A stretch of DNA of 24,000 nt, taken from positions 2,391 through 26,390 of the forward strand of contig JAJTHO010000024.1 of NCBI GenBank assembly GCA_021297975.1. The letters are read 5' to 3'. The position numbers and the translations under genes were made by a program. The stretch is from Alphaproteobacteria bacterium. GTDB lineage: Bacteria > Pseudomonadota > Alphaproteobacteria > JAJTHO01. The notes beneath the pieces were generated by a model that ran no database searches, was not told where the DNA came from, and saw nothing but the letters and a program-made list of their open reading frames with translations. This document shows positions 23,203 to 24,000 of the stretch, one piece after another; positions within the stretch are counted from its first letter, which is position 1; every line of letters starts with the position of its first letter.

Positions 23203-24000
23203 ATGGTTCGCCGCTCCCTATCCCCCATGCCTTTTCATCAGCGGATACTGTTCTCTGCCGTGGGGTTGTTTCTTTTGCTGGCGGGGTATGCAATCTGGCC
23301 AAGTGCTGAGCCTATAGATATAAAAACCGCGAGCGGTGCGGCGTTGGAGCAAGAGGCGCGGAAACGTCTTGCAGACGGCAACGAAGCGGCAGCAGCGCCG
23401 TTGGTTGATGCGGCACTCAAGCGGTATGCGGCTCAGCGCGACCGCAGCAGCGTGCTAAAAGCGTTAGAACTCAACGCCGCGTTGGCTAAACAAAGTGGTA
23501 ATCCGGGCAAAGCTGAAAATATTCTAGAGCGAGGGGTGCAATTGGCGGAGGCGAGCCGTGATGTGGGGCTGCGTGGGTTGGCGCTGCGCTATCAGGCGCG
23601 GTACTTTATCGAACAGAAAGCCTGGAACAAGGTGGGGGTAAGCTATCGCGGCGCGTATGCCGATTTACTCAGCAGTAATAATGCACACGAAGCGGGGCTT
23701 TTGGCTCTAGAACTTGCGGACGGATTAGTCGAGAGCGGCGCGTTGACCCCCTCCACCCGCCAGATAGCCGCGGGCGCGTATGAACAGGCGCAAACAGCCT
23801 TTCGGATAGCGGGGTCTGATTTCCACCGGGCGATCGTGTTTGAGCGAACAGGGGATTTGCTGCGCGAGGCTAATCCGGCCTATGCCCAAGAGCAGTATTT
23901 TCAGGCAATCCAGCTCTTTAGACAGCTGCGCCGCGATACTTTAGTAACTAAGGTGCAAGAAAAGTCTGCTAGTATGCCTTTACAACTAGACCGCCGTTAA
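23203..24000 (+). CDS. Hypothetical membrane-anchored, Ala-rich helical-repeat (TPR-like) protein
   Basis: 265 aa from ATG 23203, with AAGAGA upstream. One N-terminal TM helix (ILFSAVGLFLLLAGYAIW) is followed by repetitive amphipathic Ala/Leu/Arg-rich helices. Stop TAA at 23998-24000. I recognise no family. Confidence 0.45.
   Translation: MVRRSLSPMPFHQRILFSAVGLFLLLAGYAIWPSAEPIDIKTASGAALEQEARKRLADGNEAAAAPLVDAALKRYAAQRDRSSVLKALELNAALAKQSGNPGKAENILERGVQLAEASRDVGLRGLALRYQARYFIEQKAWNKVGVSYRGAYADLLSSNNAHEAGLLALELADGLVESGALTPSTRQIAAGAYEQAQTAFRIAGSDFHRAIVFERTGDLLREANPAYAQEQYFQAIQLFRQLRRDTLVTKVQEKSASMPLQLDRR

Noticed and set aside
1-24000. Searched by eye for mobile elements, CRISPR arrays, tRNA/rRNA genes, toxin-antitoxin pairs and defence-island signatures
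   Set aside because: I saw no transposase or integrase motifs, no spaced direct-repeat array and no cloverleaf-capable intergenic segment (all gaps other than the candidate origin are 154 bp or shorter). All sizeable ORFs other than the last two have confident housekeeping assignments.

Overview
This window looks like the origin-proximal core of an alphaproteobacterial-type chromosome, roughly 50% GC by eye. It is very tightly packed and almost entirely housekeeping. From left to right it contains: the 3' end of parB; a leftward operon of DUF299 kinase/pyrophosphorylase, maf, aroE, coaE, a 2Fe-2S ferredoxin and mnmE, whose five junctions are all ATGA overlaps; a 323-bp non-coding gap carrying DnaA boxes and an AT-rich tract, which is my candidate oriC; hemE; purF-cvpA; hemJ; rho; rimI-tsaB; a Bax-like glucosaminidase; an Nfu/NifU protein; an Irr-like Fur-family regulator; olsB-olsA; miaB-phoH-ybeY-corC-lnt; rpmJ (a 41-codon gene absent from the ORF track); an EamA transporter; nth; and two hypothetical genes at the right end. 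The most informative non-coding signal is two perfect copies of the canonical parS palindrome TGTTTCACGTGAAACA. One lies inside rimI and the other inside lnt, and both are read in the same frame (VSRET). I found no tRNA or rRNA genes, CRISPR arrays, transposases, integrases, toxin-antitoxin pairs or defence-like modules. I see no convincing evidence for a novel multi-gene system here. The only accessory-looking part is 22.36-24.0 kb, which holds an orphan adhesin-like mini-protein and a membrane-anchored helical-repeat protein, transcribed divergently. All functional calls rest on motif recognition in the translated ORFs and on remembered synteny. No database search was possible.
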